64,000 nt of DNA, taken from Salinisphaeraceae bacterium (lineage in GTDB: Bacteria > Pseudomonadota > Gammaproteobacteria > Nevskiales > Salinisphaeraceae). Location of the stretch: positions 520,781 to 584,780 of the forward strand of contig OZ244134.1 of NCBI GenBank assembly GCA_965216055.1, read 5' to 3'. Position numbers and translations under genes: made by a program. The notes under the pieces were generated by a model. The model saw only the letters and a program-made list of their open reading frames with translations, made no database searches and was not told the origin of the DNA. Each line of letters opens with the position of its first letter. The stretch's first letter is position 1. Below, in pieces: positions 48,280 through 57,215 of this stretch.

Positions 48280-50649
48280 ATGCCAAACGCCACACGGAGG
48301 CTGGCACTCGCATCGGCAATGATTGCCGTGAGTGTCGGGGCGCAAGCGCAGAACGACGAGCAACGCCTGGAACCGGTCGACGTCATCAGCACCACGCCGT
48401 TCGAGGGCAGCGAAGTCGACGCCAACCGTTACCCGGCCAACGTGCAGTCCAGCACAGCCGAGGACATCGAACGCACCGACCCGGTCAACATGGTCGAGTT
48501 CCTGAACACCGAACTGGGCAGCGTCCACATCAATGACGCCGTGAACAACCCGTTCCAGCCCGACCTCAAGTACCGGGGCTACGTCGCCTCGCCACTGCTG
48601 GGTCTGCCCCAGGGCATTTCCGTCTACCAGGATGGCGTTCGCGTGAACGAACCCTTCGGCGACACCGTCAATTTCGATCTGATTCCCCAGGCGGCGATCG
48701 CCGACATCGACCTGCTGCCCGGCTCCAATCCGCTGTTCGGGCTGAATACCCTGGGCGGGGCACTCAACATCAAGACCAAGACCGGCTTTTCCCACCCGGG
48801 TCTGCAGGCCGAGGCCTACGGCGGCGACTTCGGGCGCTACGGCGGTCACGTCTCGCTCGGCGGCAACAGTGGCGACCTGGGCTGGCTGTTCCTCGTCCAG
48901 GGCATGGAAGAGGACGGCTGGCGTGACTTCTCCAGTTCGGAAGTCCTGCAGCTGTTCTCCAAGTTCAGCCACATAGGCGCGAACGGGGAGACCCATTTTT
49001 CGGTAACCGCCGCGGACAACACGCTGCGCGGTAACGGCGCGGTACCCCGGCGGCTGGCCGAGGAACGCGGCCGCGACCAGATATTCACCTTCCCGGACGA
49101 AACGTCACCAGAAATGGTAATGCTCAACCTGCGCGGCGTGCGCGACCTCGGCGAGCGGTTATCGCTGGCCTGGGGCGGCTATTATCGGAAAAGCGACGTC
49201 GACACGTTCAACGGCGACGGCAGCGAATTCGAGGAATGCTCCGAATTTTTCGGCCCGAACGACCCCAACGCCGACAATCTCTGCGAAGAACCGGAGGAAC
49301 CCGGCGAGATGGCCGAAGTGGTCGAGCAGCCCAATGGCGATCCGATCCCCGCCAATGACACCACCGAGGGGGGCACCCAGAACACGTCCAGCACCGAACA
49401 GGATGGCTGGGGCGTCAACCTGCAATTGCAGTCGCCGGGCCTGATCAGCGGTGAACTGACTACCGGCCTGACCTACGACGCCGGTGACAGCGACTTCGCT
49501 TCGCAGCAGGAAGTTGCCCGGCTGACCGCCCAGCGCGGCACCGTGGGCAGCGGTTTCTTCGTGGGCGAGTCCTTCACCCGGGTCAACGTGGACAACAGCA
49601 ATATCGGCGCCTTCTTCCTGCACCGCGCCCCGCTGACGCCGGACCTCGAATGGACCCTGGGCGGACGCTTCAACCGCACCGAGATCACGCTCAACGACCA
49701 GACGCCGGCGTTTGCCACCGAACCCGGCAACAGCCTGGACGGCGACCATCATTTCTCCCGCCTGAACATGACCACCGGGCTGGCCTGGGAAATGTCGCGC
49801 CAGCTGACCTTCTTCGGCAGCGTGGGTCAGTCCTCGCGGGCACCCTCTCCGCTGGAGCTGACCTGCGCCAATCCCGATGCCCCGTGCCGGCTGCCCAACG
49901 GATTCGTGGATGATCCCCCGCTGGCGCAGGTGGTGGCCACCACCATCGAGGTCGGCGCCCGCGGCGGCACCCGCAACCTGGCCTGGCGTACCGCGGCATT
50001 CCACGCCGTCAACGAGGACGACATCATCTTCATCTCGGCCGGCAACCGCTTCGAGGGCTTCTTCGACAACGTCGGTGACACCCGCCGGCAGGGCGTGGAA
50101 CTGGGCATGGAATGGCGGGTGATGCCCACAGTGCGGCTGAGTGCGGACTACACCTACCTCAACGCGGAATTCCGCGACAGCTTCCGCGTGAACTCGCCCA
50201 ACCACCCCAACCGCGAACCCGATCCGGCGAATCCGGGCGAGACCCGCGCCGCCGACAGTGCCCAGCAGGTCAATTCGGGCGACCGGCTGCCGCTGGTGCC
50301 CGAGCATATCTTCAAGCTGGGTGCCGACTGGGAGGCAAGCGATCTCGTGCGTCTCGGCGTCGACGTGATCGGCAACAGCGACCAGATCTTCCGCGGCGAC
50401 GAATCCAATACCGACAGCGAAACCATCGACGGCTTCGCCATCGTCAACCTGCGCGGGGAGATTTCGGTGACCAGCGCGGTGTCCCTGTTCGCCCGGGTGA
50501 ACAACGTGTTCGACACCGACTACGAGACCTTCGGGGTTTACGGCGAATCGGACGAGGTCCTGGCCGGGCCGCAGTTCGAGGACGCGTTCCGCTTCATCGG
50601 TCCCGGTGCGCCGCGCGGCATCTGGGGCGGTATCCGGGTGGCGTTGTAA
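48280..50649 (+). CDS. TonB-dependent receptor, LutH-like subfamily (candidate lanthanide/lanthanophore uptake)
   Basis: Signal peptide, plug motif NNPFQPDLKYRGYVASPLLGLPQGISVYQDGVRVNEPFGDTVNFDLIP...GSNPLFGLNTLGGA, and C-terminal PGAPRGIWGGIRVAL. Confidence 0.9.
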   Translation: MPNATRRLALASAMIAVSVGAQAQNDEQRLEPVDVISTTPFEGSEVDANRYPANVQSSTAEDIERTDPVNMVEFLNTELGSVHINDAVNNPFQPDLKYRGYVASPLLGLPQGISVYQDGVRVNEPFGDTVNFDLIPQAAIADIDLLPGSNPLFGLNTLGGALNIKTKTGFSHPGLQAEAYGGDFGRYGGHVSLGGNSGDLGWLFLVQGMEEDGWRDFSSSEVLQLFSKFSHIGANGETHFSVTAADNTLRGNGAVPRRLAEERGRDQIFTFPDETSPEMVMLNLRGVRDLGERLSLAWGGYYRKSDVDTFNGDGSEFEECSEFFGPNDPNADNLCEEPEEPGEMAEVVEQPNGDPIPANDTTEGGTQNTSSTEQDGWGVNLQLQSPGLISGELTTGLTYDAGDSDFASQQEVARLTAQRGTVGSGFFVGESFTRVNVDNSNIGAFFLHRAPLTPDLEWTLGGRFNRTEITLNDQTPAFATEPGNSLDGDHHFSRLNMTTGLAWEMSRQLTFFGSVGQSSRAPSPLELTCANPDAPCRLPNGFVDDPPLAQVVATTIEVGARGGTRNLAWRTAAFHAVNEDDIIFISAGNRFEGFFDNVGDTRRQGVELGMEWRVMPTVRLSADYTYLNAEFRDSFRVNSPNHPNREPDPANPGETRAADSAQQVNSGDRLPLVPEHIFKLGADWEASDLVRLGVDVIGNSDQIFRGDESNTDSETIDGFAIVNLRGEISVTSAVSLFARVNNVFDTDYETFGVYGESDEVLAGPQFEDAFRFIGPGAPRGIWGGIRVAL

Positions 50650-50735
50650 TCACGTTTGGTATCTACATGTCCTGTATAGAAGCGCCCGGGCTCCGGTCCG
50701 GGCGCCCGTTAACTCACCACGACAGGGATCGACCG

Positions 50736-51278
50736 ATGCGCAAGGCATTCACGACGACCGGCCTGTTGGCACTGTCACTGACAGCACCGGCGGCGATCGC
50801 CGGACACGGCAATCACGGCAGGGTTTCGCTGGAGGATTGCCTGACCGCCGCCAGCGCCGTCAAACAGGGCGACTTCATCAAGGCGGAGTATCTCAACGTC
50901 ACCACGGGCGGCGACCCCACCTACGAGATCGAGGTACGCGATGATCAGGGCACCGAGTGGGAGCTGATGTGCAGCGCCCGCACCGGTGATATCTACGAGC
51001 TGGAAACCGAGGCCGATGGCGCCGACGATCCGGCGTTTGCCGACGCGGCCAAGATCAGCGAGAAAGAGGCCCGCAAGATCGCCACCGATCGCTTTCCCGG
51101 CACCATCGAGGAAGTGGAGTACGAGATCGAGGCCAGTGGCGATCCCAGTTACGAAATCGACGTGGTCGACGAAGGCGGCACCGAGTTCAAACTGGAAGTC
51201 GATGCGGTCAGCGGCGATATCATCGAGGTGTCCGTGGAACACTGGGAGATCGGCGAGGAGCCGGCCGAAAAGCCCTGA
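50736..51278 (+). CDS. Periplasmic, very acidic double-PepSY protein (lanpepsy/LanP-like)
   Basis: 22-aa signal peptide, two PepSY repeats and about 42 D/E in 158 mature residues; start ATG at 50736. Confidence 0.85.
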   Translation: MRKAFTTTGLLALSLTAPAAIAGHGNHGRVSLEDCLTAASAVKQGDFIKAEYLNVTTGGDPTYEIEVRDDQGTEWELMCSARTGDIYELETEADGADDPAFADAAKISEKEARKIATDRFPGTIEEVEYEIEASGDPSYEIDVVDEGGTEFKLEVDAVSGDIIEVSVEHWEIGEEPAEKP

Positions 51279-51301
51279 CCCATCCCGTTACGTCGATGAC
51301 G

Positions 51302-51329
51302 AAAAGAACCCCGCTCCGGCGGGGTTTTT
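51302..51329. terminator. Rho-independent (probably bidirectional) terminator
   Basis: AAAAG-AACCCCGC-tccg-GCGGGGTT-TTT between the convergent PepSY gene and plsB. Confidence 0.85.
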
Positions 51330-51340
51330 CATGTCCGGCG

Positions 51341-53803
51341 CTATTCGGCCGGCGACTGACTGGTCAGGTGCAGGATGGTCTGGCGGATATCCGGTCCCAG
51401 TAGCTGCAGGGCGTGTTCGGCCAGTACCCGCATGTGCGGGTCGATGCGCAGGGAGCCACCGTTACCGGTGAGCAGTCCGTCGCGCTGCAGGGTCTGCAGA
51501 TGGTTGCGGAACAGCCGCAGATCGAAGAACTCGGGACTGTTACGGCCGGTAAGAATGGCCATGCGTTCGGCCATGAGCTGGCACTGGCGCTCGAATGCGC
51601 CGCGCTCGATATGACCGCTGTCGAGACTGTTGGCCAGCAGCACTGCGGTCATGCCGTAACGCTCCAGGGTTTCGCGCATGATGCGCGCCAGACTGATCAG
51701 GGCCGCGAATTCGCGGGTGCCGACTGCCGGGCGCCGCAGGTCGGCGGTGTGCTCATCCCTGGCCAGCAGTCCCACGGTGAGCATGCCGTCCAGCGCCGCA
51801 TCCAGCGCCGGCGCCACGCCGTCCGCCGGCCAGCGCAGGAACAGTTCCGAGGCCAGCAGCGGATAGAGCGCCTCGGCGTCGCGCAACACCCCGGCCCGCG
51901 AGCAGGTCTCCGAATGGGCAAAGAAATTGGCCAGTAACGACGGCAGCGCAAACAGGTGCATCACGTTGTTGCGGGTATAGGTCAGCAGCACCGCGTCGCG
52001 ATCGGCCAGCGTGAGCACATCGCCCCAGGCATGGGGGTGACGCTGCAGCCGCACCAGCGGCTCGGCCTCGGCCAGCAGTGCCGTACCGTCACCCGACGGC
52101 AGGCGGACATCCGGGCTGTAGGGACAGGCCCGCGCCAGCGCCAGCAGCGCTTCCACGCCATGGATGAGTTCGTGCTCGGCCACGGCCTTCTGCGGGCTGC
52201 CCAGCAGGATCAGCGATACCAGCCCGGCCGCGTTGAGCGACGCCGTTGCATTGATGCGCACCATCACCGTTTCGGCCACGTCGTCGACGAAACCGGTCAG
52301 CCAGTCGGGGCGCGAGGGCCCGGGCACCGCCGGCAGCTGGTCGCGCCAGCCGGGCCGGTGGCGGTCGGCCCACTGATCCAGGCGCAGCGGTTCGCCGAAC
52401 GAGATATGCGCCCGTCCGTACTTGCGGGACAGCACCTTGCGGCTGCTGCGCAACAGCCCGCGCACGGACTCCCCCTTCTTGGGGCGGGTGCCGCTGAGCT
52501 CCTCGAAGTAACTGTTGACCTCCATCACCCGGTCGTAGCCGATGTAGACCGGCACCAGCGCCACCGGACGCTCCGGATGATGCAGCAGCCCGCCGGCCAC
52601 CATCGCCAGCATGCCGGTCTTGGGCGGCAGCAGCCGGCCGGTGCGGCTGCGCCCGCCCTCGGGGTAGAATTTCATCGGCTGCCCCCGGCCGATGAGCACG
52701 TCCACGTAACTGCGGAAAACCGCGGTGTAGAGCTTGTCCCCCCGGAAACTGCGCCGGAGATAGAACGCTCCGCAGCGTCGCAACAGCCCGCCGACCGGCC
52801 AGAAGTCCAGATTGATGCCGGCGGCAATCTGCGGCAGGGCGAACCCCTCCTGGTAGAGGATGTAGGACACCAGCAGGTAATCCATGTGGCTGCGGTGCGA
52901 GGGCAGATACACCAGCGAGGCATCGTGGGCGGTATCGCGCAGCCGTTGCAGATGGGCCACTTCGACGCCGTCGTAGATGCGATGCCACAACCAGGACAGC
53001 ACCCGCAACATGAAGCCGATGGCGATGTTGGAGTAGTCGGCGGCGATCTCGTCGGCGCAGGATCGTGCCCGGGCCCGGATCGCGGCGACGCTGACGTTCT
53101 CGGCCCGGGCGGTCCGCTCGATCACCGCCCGCACTTCCGGGTCGGCCAGCACGGAATTGATCACCTGGCCGCGATGCGACAGCGCGGGCCCCAGCGTGGC
53201 CGCGCGCTGACGCCGGAAATGCACCCGCAGTACCCGGGAGAGCTTGCGTACCGCCACCTCGGGTGCCACGTCCCGGCCGGCGAATGCGCGGTAATCCAGC
53301 GGCTGCCCGAAGTGCAGCAACGTATTGCGGCCCTGCGCCAGGATGATCAGCAGTTTGCGCAGCCGTCCGGGGCGTTCCGTATCCGCGAACAGGATGCGAA
53401 ACAGCGACGTCTCCTTGACCGGGTTCTGACCCCAGAAAATGGATACCGGCACGATCTGCACGCCGGATGCCGGGGCCTCCATACCCTGCTGGATCATCCG
53501 CTGCCAGACCGCCCGGCCGCGCCCCGCGGCTTCGGGCAGGGCCAGCACCACCGCCCGGTCGTCCGCGGGTAGCCGGTGGCGGACCGGATGCGGCCGCGGC
53601 AGGCCATGGGCGGCCACCGCCATTTCCAGCGCCAGCCAGTCGCTCACGCCGGTGCCGGCCAGCACGTAACAGATGCGCCGCTGATCATCCAGGGCCAGCT
53701 CCTTCAGATCGGTCGGCGTCACGCGGGGGCGGACCCACGCCCGCAACGGCCAGCGCACCAGACCCACGAACAGCAGCAGCACACGGCTGAGAAACGCACG
53801 CAT
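51341..53803 (-). CDS. plsB: Glycerol-3-phosphate 1-O-acyltransferase PlsB
   Basis: PSHRSHMDYLL, AAGINL, FYPEGGRSRTG and VPVYIGYDRVME; start MRAFLS at 53803. Confidence 0.95.
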   Translation of the reverse strand: MRAFLSRVLLLFVGLVRWPLRAWVRPRVTPTDLKELALDDQRRICYVLAGTGVSDWLALEMAVAAHGLPRPHPVRHRLPADDRAVVLALPEAAGRGRAVWQRMIQQGMEAPASGVQIVPVSIFWGQNPVKETSLFRILFADTERPGRLRKLLIILAQGRNTLLHFGQPLDYRAFAGRDVAPEVAVRKLSRVLRVHFRRQRAATLGPALSHRGQVINSVLADPEVRAVIERTARAENVSVAAIRARARSCADEIAADYSNIAIGFMLRVLSWLWHRIYDGVEVAHLQRLRDTAHDASLVYLPSHRSHMDYLLVSYILYQEGFALPQIAAGINLDFWPVGGLLRRCGAFYLRRSFRGDKLYTAVFRSYVDVLIGRGQPMKFYPEGGRSRTGRLLPPKTGMLAMVAGGLLHHPERPVALVPVYIGYDRVMEVNSYFEELSGTRPKKGESVRGLLRSSRKVLSRKYGRAHISFGEPLRLDQWADRHRPGWRDQLPAVPGPSRPDWLTGFVDDVAETVMVRINATASLNAAGLVSLILLGSPQKAVAEHELIHGVEALLALARACPYSPDVRLPSGDGTALLAEAEPLVRLQRHPHAWGDVLTLADRDAVLLTYTRNNVMHLFALPSLLANFFAHSETCSRAGVLRDAEALYPLLASELFLRWPADGVAPALDAALDGMLTVGLLARDEHTADLRRPAVGTREFAALISLARIMRETLERYGMTAVLLANSLDSGHIERGAFERQCQLMAERMAILTGRNSPEFFDLRLFRNHLQTLQRDGLLTGNGGSLRIDPHMRVLAEHALQLLGPDIRQTILHLTSQSPAE

Positions 53804-53805
53804 GA

Positions 53806-54516
53806 CTAGCGCTCCGGCTGGCGCACGAGCAGCCGCACCAGGCGGCGGACACCCACGCCAATCGCCCGGGCAAAGCGGGCGGGCCAGCCGCGATGCTCGG
53901 CGCGACGGCACTCCTCGGCGGTAGCCAGTTCCGGCGCCCAGCGCAGCTTCAGCTTGGCCAGAGCATTGCGATCGGCCTCGCAGAAGGCGCGAAAGATGGC
54001 GTTCCACGGCCGGTTCCATGGTCGGCCGCGATGCACCCGGGCCACGAAATCCACCAGGCAGGGCTGGCCATCGGCACGCAGCAGGATGTTCCCCGAACCA
54101 CGCAGATCGCCGTGCGCTACCCCCCGCGCATGCACCTCCGCCAGTAGCCTTTCCAACCGCTCGTGCGCCGCGGGAGTGGGTTGTGACCGTGACCACTTGG
54201 GCGCCGGCAGGTATTCGATCAGAATGCCGCGCCCATCGACCCGCCGGTACACCCGCGGAATCCCCTCGACCCCGGCCAGCCGCTGCAACGCACTGGCCTC
54301 CCGATAGACGAACAGCGGCGCGAACCATCGCATCAGCCAGGCACTATCGGCGTAGTCCTTGAACACCGCCTCGGCCTCGCCGGTGCCCACCCGGGTCACG
54401 CTGGGCTGGGTGCCGCCGCCAGCGCGGAAGCGCTCTCGCGCATGGGCCTGCAGCTGTTCACGATTGAACGCGACGAGCCGGTCGAAATCCGATGCCGCGC
54501 GGTCGCTGCCCGCCAC
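53806..54516 (-). CDS. Protein-kinase-like (RIO/Kdo-kinase-like) phosphotransferase
   Basis: VFKDY (Lys), REASAL (alphaC Glu), HGDLRGSGNIL catalytic loop and VDF. Confidence 0.75.
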   Translation of the reverse strand: MAGSDRAASDFDRLVAFNREQLQAHARERFRAGGGTQPSVTRVGTGEAEAVFKDYADSAWLMRWFAPLFVYREASALQRLAGVEGIPRVYRRVDGRGILIEYLPAPKWSRSQPTPAAHERLERLLAEVHARGVAHGDLRGSGNILLRADGQPCLVDFVARVHRGRPWNRPWNAIFRAFCEADRNALAKLKLRWAPELATAEECRRAEHRGWPARFARAIGVGVRRLVRLLVRQPER

Positions 54517-54521
54517 CGGAT

Positions 54522-55226
54522 TCAGTTGCCCGGAACCTCGCGCGGCGGCTCACCGTCCGCCACCTTGGCTTCCCGATTCTGCAGATAGGCGGTACGCACG
54601 AAGGCGTAGGGATCGAACGCATTGCGTACGGTCTGGTCGAAGCCCAGCAGGCTGGCGCGCAGATCCAGCAGATACAGCACCTGCAGTGTCAGCTGGGTGG
54701 CGGTCTCGTCGACGTGATTGGTGGGGTCGAGAAACCAGTCGACCGCGTTGCCGGACAGATCACGCCCGGTACTCGGTCCGAGTAACGGCAGCATCAGGTA
54801 GGCGCCCTGCCCCACACCCCAGACGCCCAGGGTCTGACCGAAATCCTCGTCGCGCTCGGGCAGCCCCAGGTCCGTGGCCACATCGAACAGCCCGCCGATA
54901 CCCATGGTGCTGTTGATCAGGAAACGGGCACCGCCCGACAGCGCGTGATGCACCTTGCCCTGGAAGCCTTCATTGGCGGCGGTAACCGGCACCTTGAGAT
55001 TGCCCAGCGCATTGCCGATGCCGCGGCGTACCGGTCGCGGGGTGACGTCCCGATAGGTTCGGGCCACGGGGCTCAGGGCGTAGTAGTCGAGCGTGTCGTT
55101 AAAGGCATAGACCTGCCGGTTGACCGGCTCCAACGGATCCCAGGGATCCTCGGGCGGCGAATGGACGCAACCGGCAGCCAGGCCCGCGGCCAGCATCAGA
55201 AGTACGCATCGTGTCCGGGCAGTCAT
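54522..55226 (-). CDS. mlaA: MlaA/VacJ lipoprotein
   Basis: Lipobox AAGC, DPWDPLEPVNR, EDFGQTLGVWGV and LPLLGPSTGRD. Confidence 0.95.
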   Translation of the reverse strand: MTARTRCVLLMLAAGLAAGCVHSPPEDPWDPLEPVNRQVYAFNDTLDYYALSPVARTYRDVTPRPVRRGIGNALGNLKVPVTAANEGFQGKVHHALSGGARFLINSTMGIGGLFDVATDLGLPERDEDFGQTLGVWGVGQGAYLMLPLLGPSTGRDLSGNAVDWFLDPTNHVDETATQLTLQVLYLLDLRASLLGFDQTVRNAFDPYAFVRTAYLQNREAKVADGEPPREVPGN

Positions 55227-55271
55227 AAGAATCTCTCGTTATGGCATCGGCGCCACCAGCCAGCGCTGCGC

Positions 55272-56300
55272 CTATCTGTTACCGCGGTAGAAGGTGAAAA
55301 GCTCGTCGAAGTCGCGAGCGGGCACGAAGTCGAACGTACGCGCGAACCGGCTGCCGTCGAGCACCACCGCATACTTGAAGAAATCAGTGAGATACGCCGG
55401 GAATGAGAACCGGCCCAGCAGGCCCGCCAGGGTGCGCGGCAGTACCGGCGGCAGCGAGGGCAGGAACAGCCGGCGGCAACCCGCCAGTTCCAGCGCATCC
55501 TGATAGGCAACGTAATCATCGGGAGCCACGTTGTACACACCCGGCCGATTGCCCTTGAGGGCAGCGACCACCGCGTCGGCCAGGTCCTCCACGTGGATGA
55601 ACTGCATCAGCGGCGAGAACCCGCTCAGGCAGGGCGCCACGGACTGGGCCAGCAGCCGGCTGATGGCGTTGGACACGCCCGGCCCGGCCACGTTGCAGGG
55701 CCGTAGCAGCGTCATGTGCAGCTCCGGGTGCTTGTAGAGATAGATGTTGGCGAGGTTCTCCAGCTCCACCGCGTCGATCAGCTCGCGATGCAGGTTGGCC
55801 GCCTGCAGCGGGAAATCCTCGTCGATCAGCGACGGATTGTTCGGCTCGGCCCCGTACACATGGTAAGTCGACAGCACCGTCACCTGCTCCACCCCGTACT
55901 TGAGCGCGAAGCGGAACAGTCGCTCGGTGCCCACCACGTTGGCGGAAAAACGCCGGCCGGCGTTGAGCTGACTCGACTGGATACGCCCCAGATGCAGGAT
56001 GGCGTCGAACTGGTGTTCGCGGAACACGTCCTCGAAGGTGCGCTTGTTGAAGTCGACCTCGTAGTCCACCGACTCCGGGTGCATGGCGTGCAGGCCGCGG
56101 AAATCCACCCCGATCACGTCGTAGTCTCCGCGCAGGCGGTCCATCACCTGCTTGGCCAGGGCACCCGCCGCGCCGGTGACCATCACCTTGCCGCGCCGGC
56201 CCGCGGCCGGAGCCGGCCGGCTGGCGGCGGCCGGCTGGCGCCGGGCCGGAGCCTTGCGCCGGGCCCGGGTACGGGTCGCTTTCTGCTTGTTGTCTGCCAT
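55272..56300 (-). CDS. Extended/atypical SDR (NAD-dependent epimerase/dehydratase family)
   Basis: VMVTGAAGALA, ILHLG, NVVGT, VYG and MQFIHVEDLA; no clear YxxxK. Confidence 0.85.
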   Translation of the reverse strand: MADNKQKATRTRARRKAPARRQPAAASRPAPAAGRRGKVMVTGAAGALAKQVMDRLRGDYDVIGVDFRGLHAMHPESVDYEVDFNKRTFEDVFREHQFDAILHLGRIQSSQLNAGRRFSANVVGTERLFRFALKYGVEQVTVLSTYHVYGAEPNNPSLIDEDFPLQAANLHRELIDAVELENLANIYLYKHPELHMTLLRPCNVAGPGVSNAISRLLAQSVAPCLSGFSPLMQFIHVEDLADAVVAALKGNRPGVYNVAPDDYVAYQDALELAGCRRLFLPSLPPVLPRTLAGLLGRFSFPAYLTDFFKYAVVLDGSRFARTFDFVPARDFDELFTFYRGNR

Positions 56301-56305
56301 GACGG

Positions 56306-57124
56306 TTACCGCTGCTGACGGCGGGCGGCCAGCCCCTGCTCGAGCAGATCGCGGATGGCATCCTTGACCTGTTCGACCCGGCGTTCGACCTCGCCCTCGT
56401 TGCGGGCATCGTTGGGGAATTCCATCGGCGCCCCGAAACTCAGCGTGATCTTGGCCGGCAGCGGCAGAAGTGGCGCCAGCGGAAAATAAGGCACGTTGAG
56501 CATCTTCGCCAGGGGCTTGATGTTGGTCAGCGACGGCATGGTCTCCTCGGCCCCGACCACTGCCACCGGCACGATCGGCGTCTGGTGTTCCATCGCCAGG
56601 TGCATGAAACCGTGACCGAAACGCTGCAGTTGGTAACGCAGCCGGTAGGGCTTGCCCGAACCGCGGATGCCCTCGGGAAACACGATGATGGCCTCCTCGC
56701 GTTCCAGCATCTTGGCGCAGTTGATGGGGTCGCCGACCACGCCGCCGAGCTGATTGATCAGGTTGCCGAGAAACGGCACCGTCGGAAACCAGCGCTCGAC
56801 CATGGTTCGCGGCAGCCGGGCCCCGTGTTCGTTGGTGGCGATGGCGTAGGCCATCATCACTCCGTCCAGGGGTAGCTGTCCGCTGTGATTGCCGATCAGC
56901 AGGAGACGGCCGTCGGCGGGGATGTTTTCCAGCCCGCGCGCCTCGACCCGGAAGTAATCCTCGTAGAGCCAGCGGATGGCCGAAAAGGCGATCTTCGCGG
57001 TATCCAGGTTCAGGCCCCAGGGGTCGTAGCCGCAGGAGCCCACGTTCTGGCGCGGCAGCGCGTCGATCATGGCGTCGATCTCCGGCGACACCGCGCGCGG
57101 CTTGAGATAGTTGCGGAATCGCAT
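56306..57124 (-). CDS. Lysophospholipid acyltransferase family protein (PlsC-like)
   Basis: GYDPWG, IGNHSGQLPLDG (HxxxxD-type), FPEG and IVPVAVVGAEE. Confidence 0.88.
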   Translation of the reverse strand: MRFRNYLKPRAVSPEIDAMIDALPRQNVGSCGYDPWGLNLDTAKIAFSAIRWLYEDYFRVEARGLENIPADGRLLLIGNHSGQLPLDGVMMAYAIATNEHGARLPRTMVERWFPTVPFLGNLINQLGGVVGDPINCAKMLEREEAIIVFPEGIRGSGKPYRLRYQLQRFGHGFMHLAMEHQTPIVPVAVVGAEETMPSLTNIKPLAKMLNVPYFPLAPLLPLPAKITLSFGAPMEFPNDARNEGEVERRVEQVKDAIRDLLEQGLAARRQQR

Positions 57125-57215
57125 CCGGGTTTCGTCCCCTGCTACTGATCACCCGGCCCGGCCGGGCGCAACTGCTATGATCGCCAACCGATCTGGCACT
57201 CGAGCTTAGCACGGC

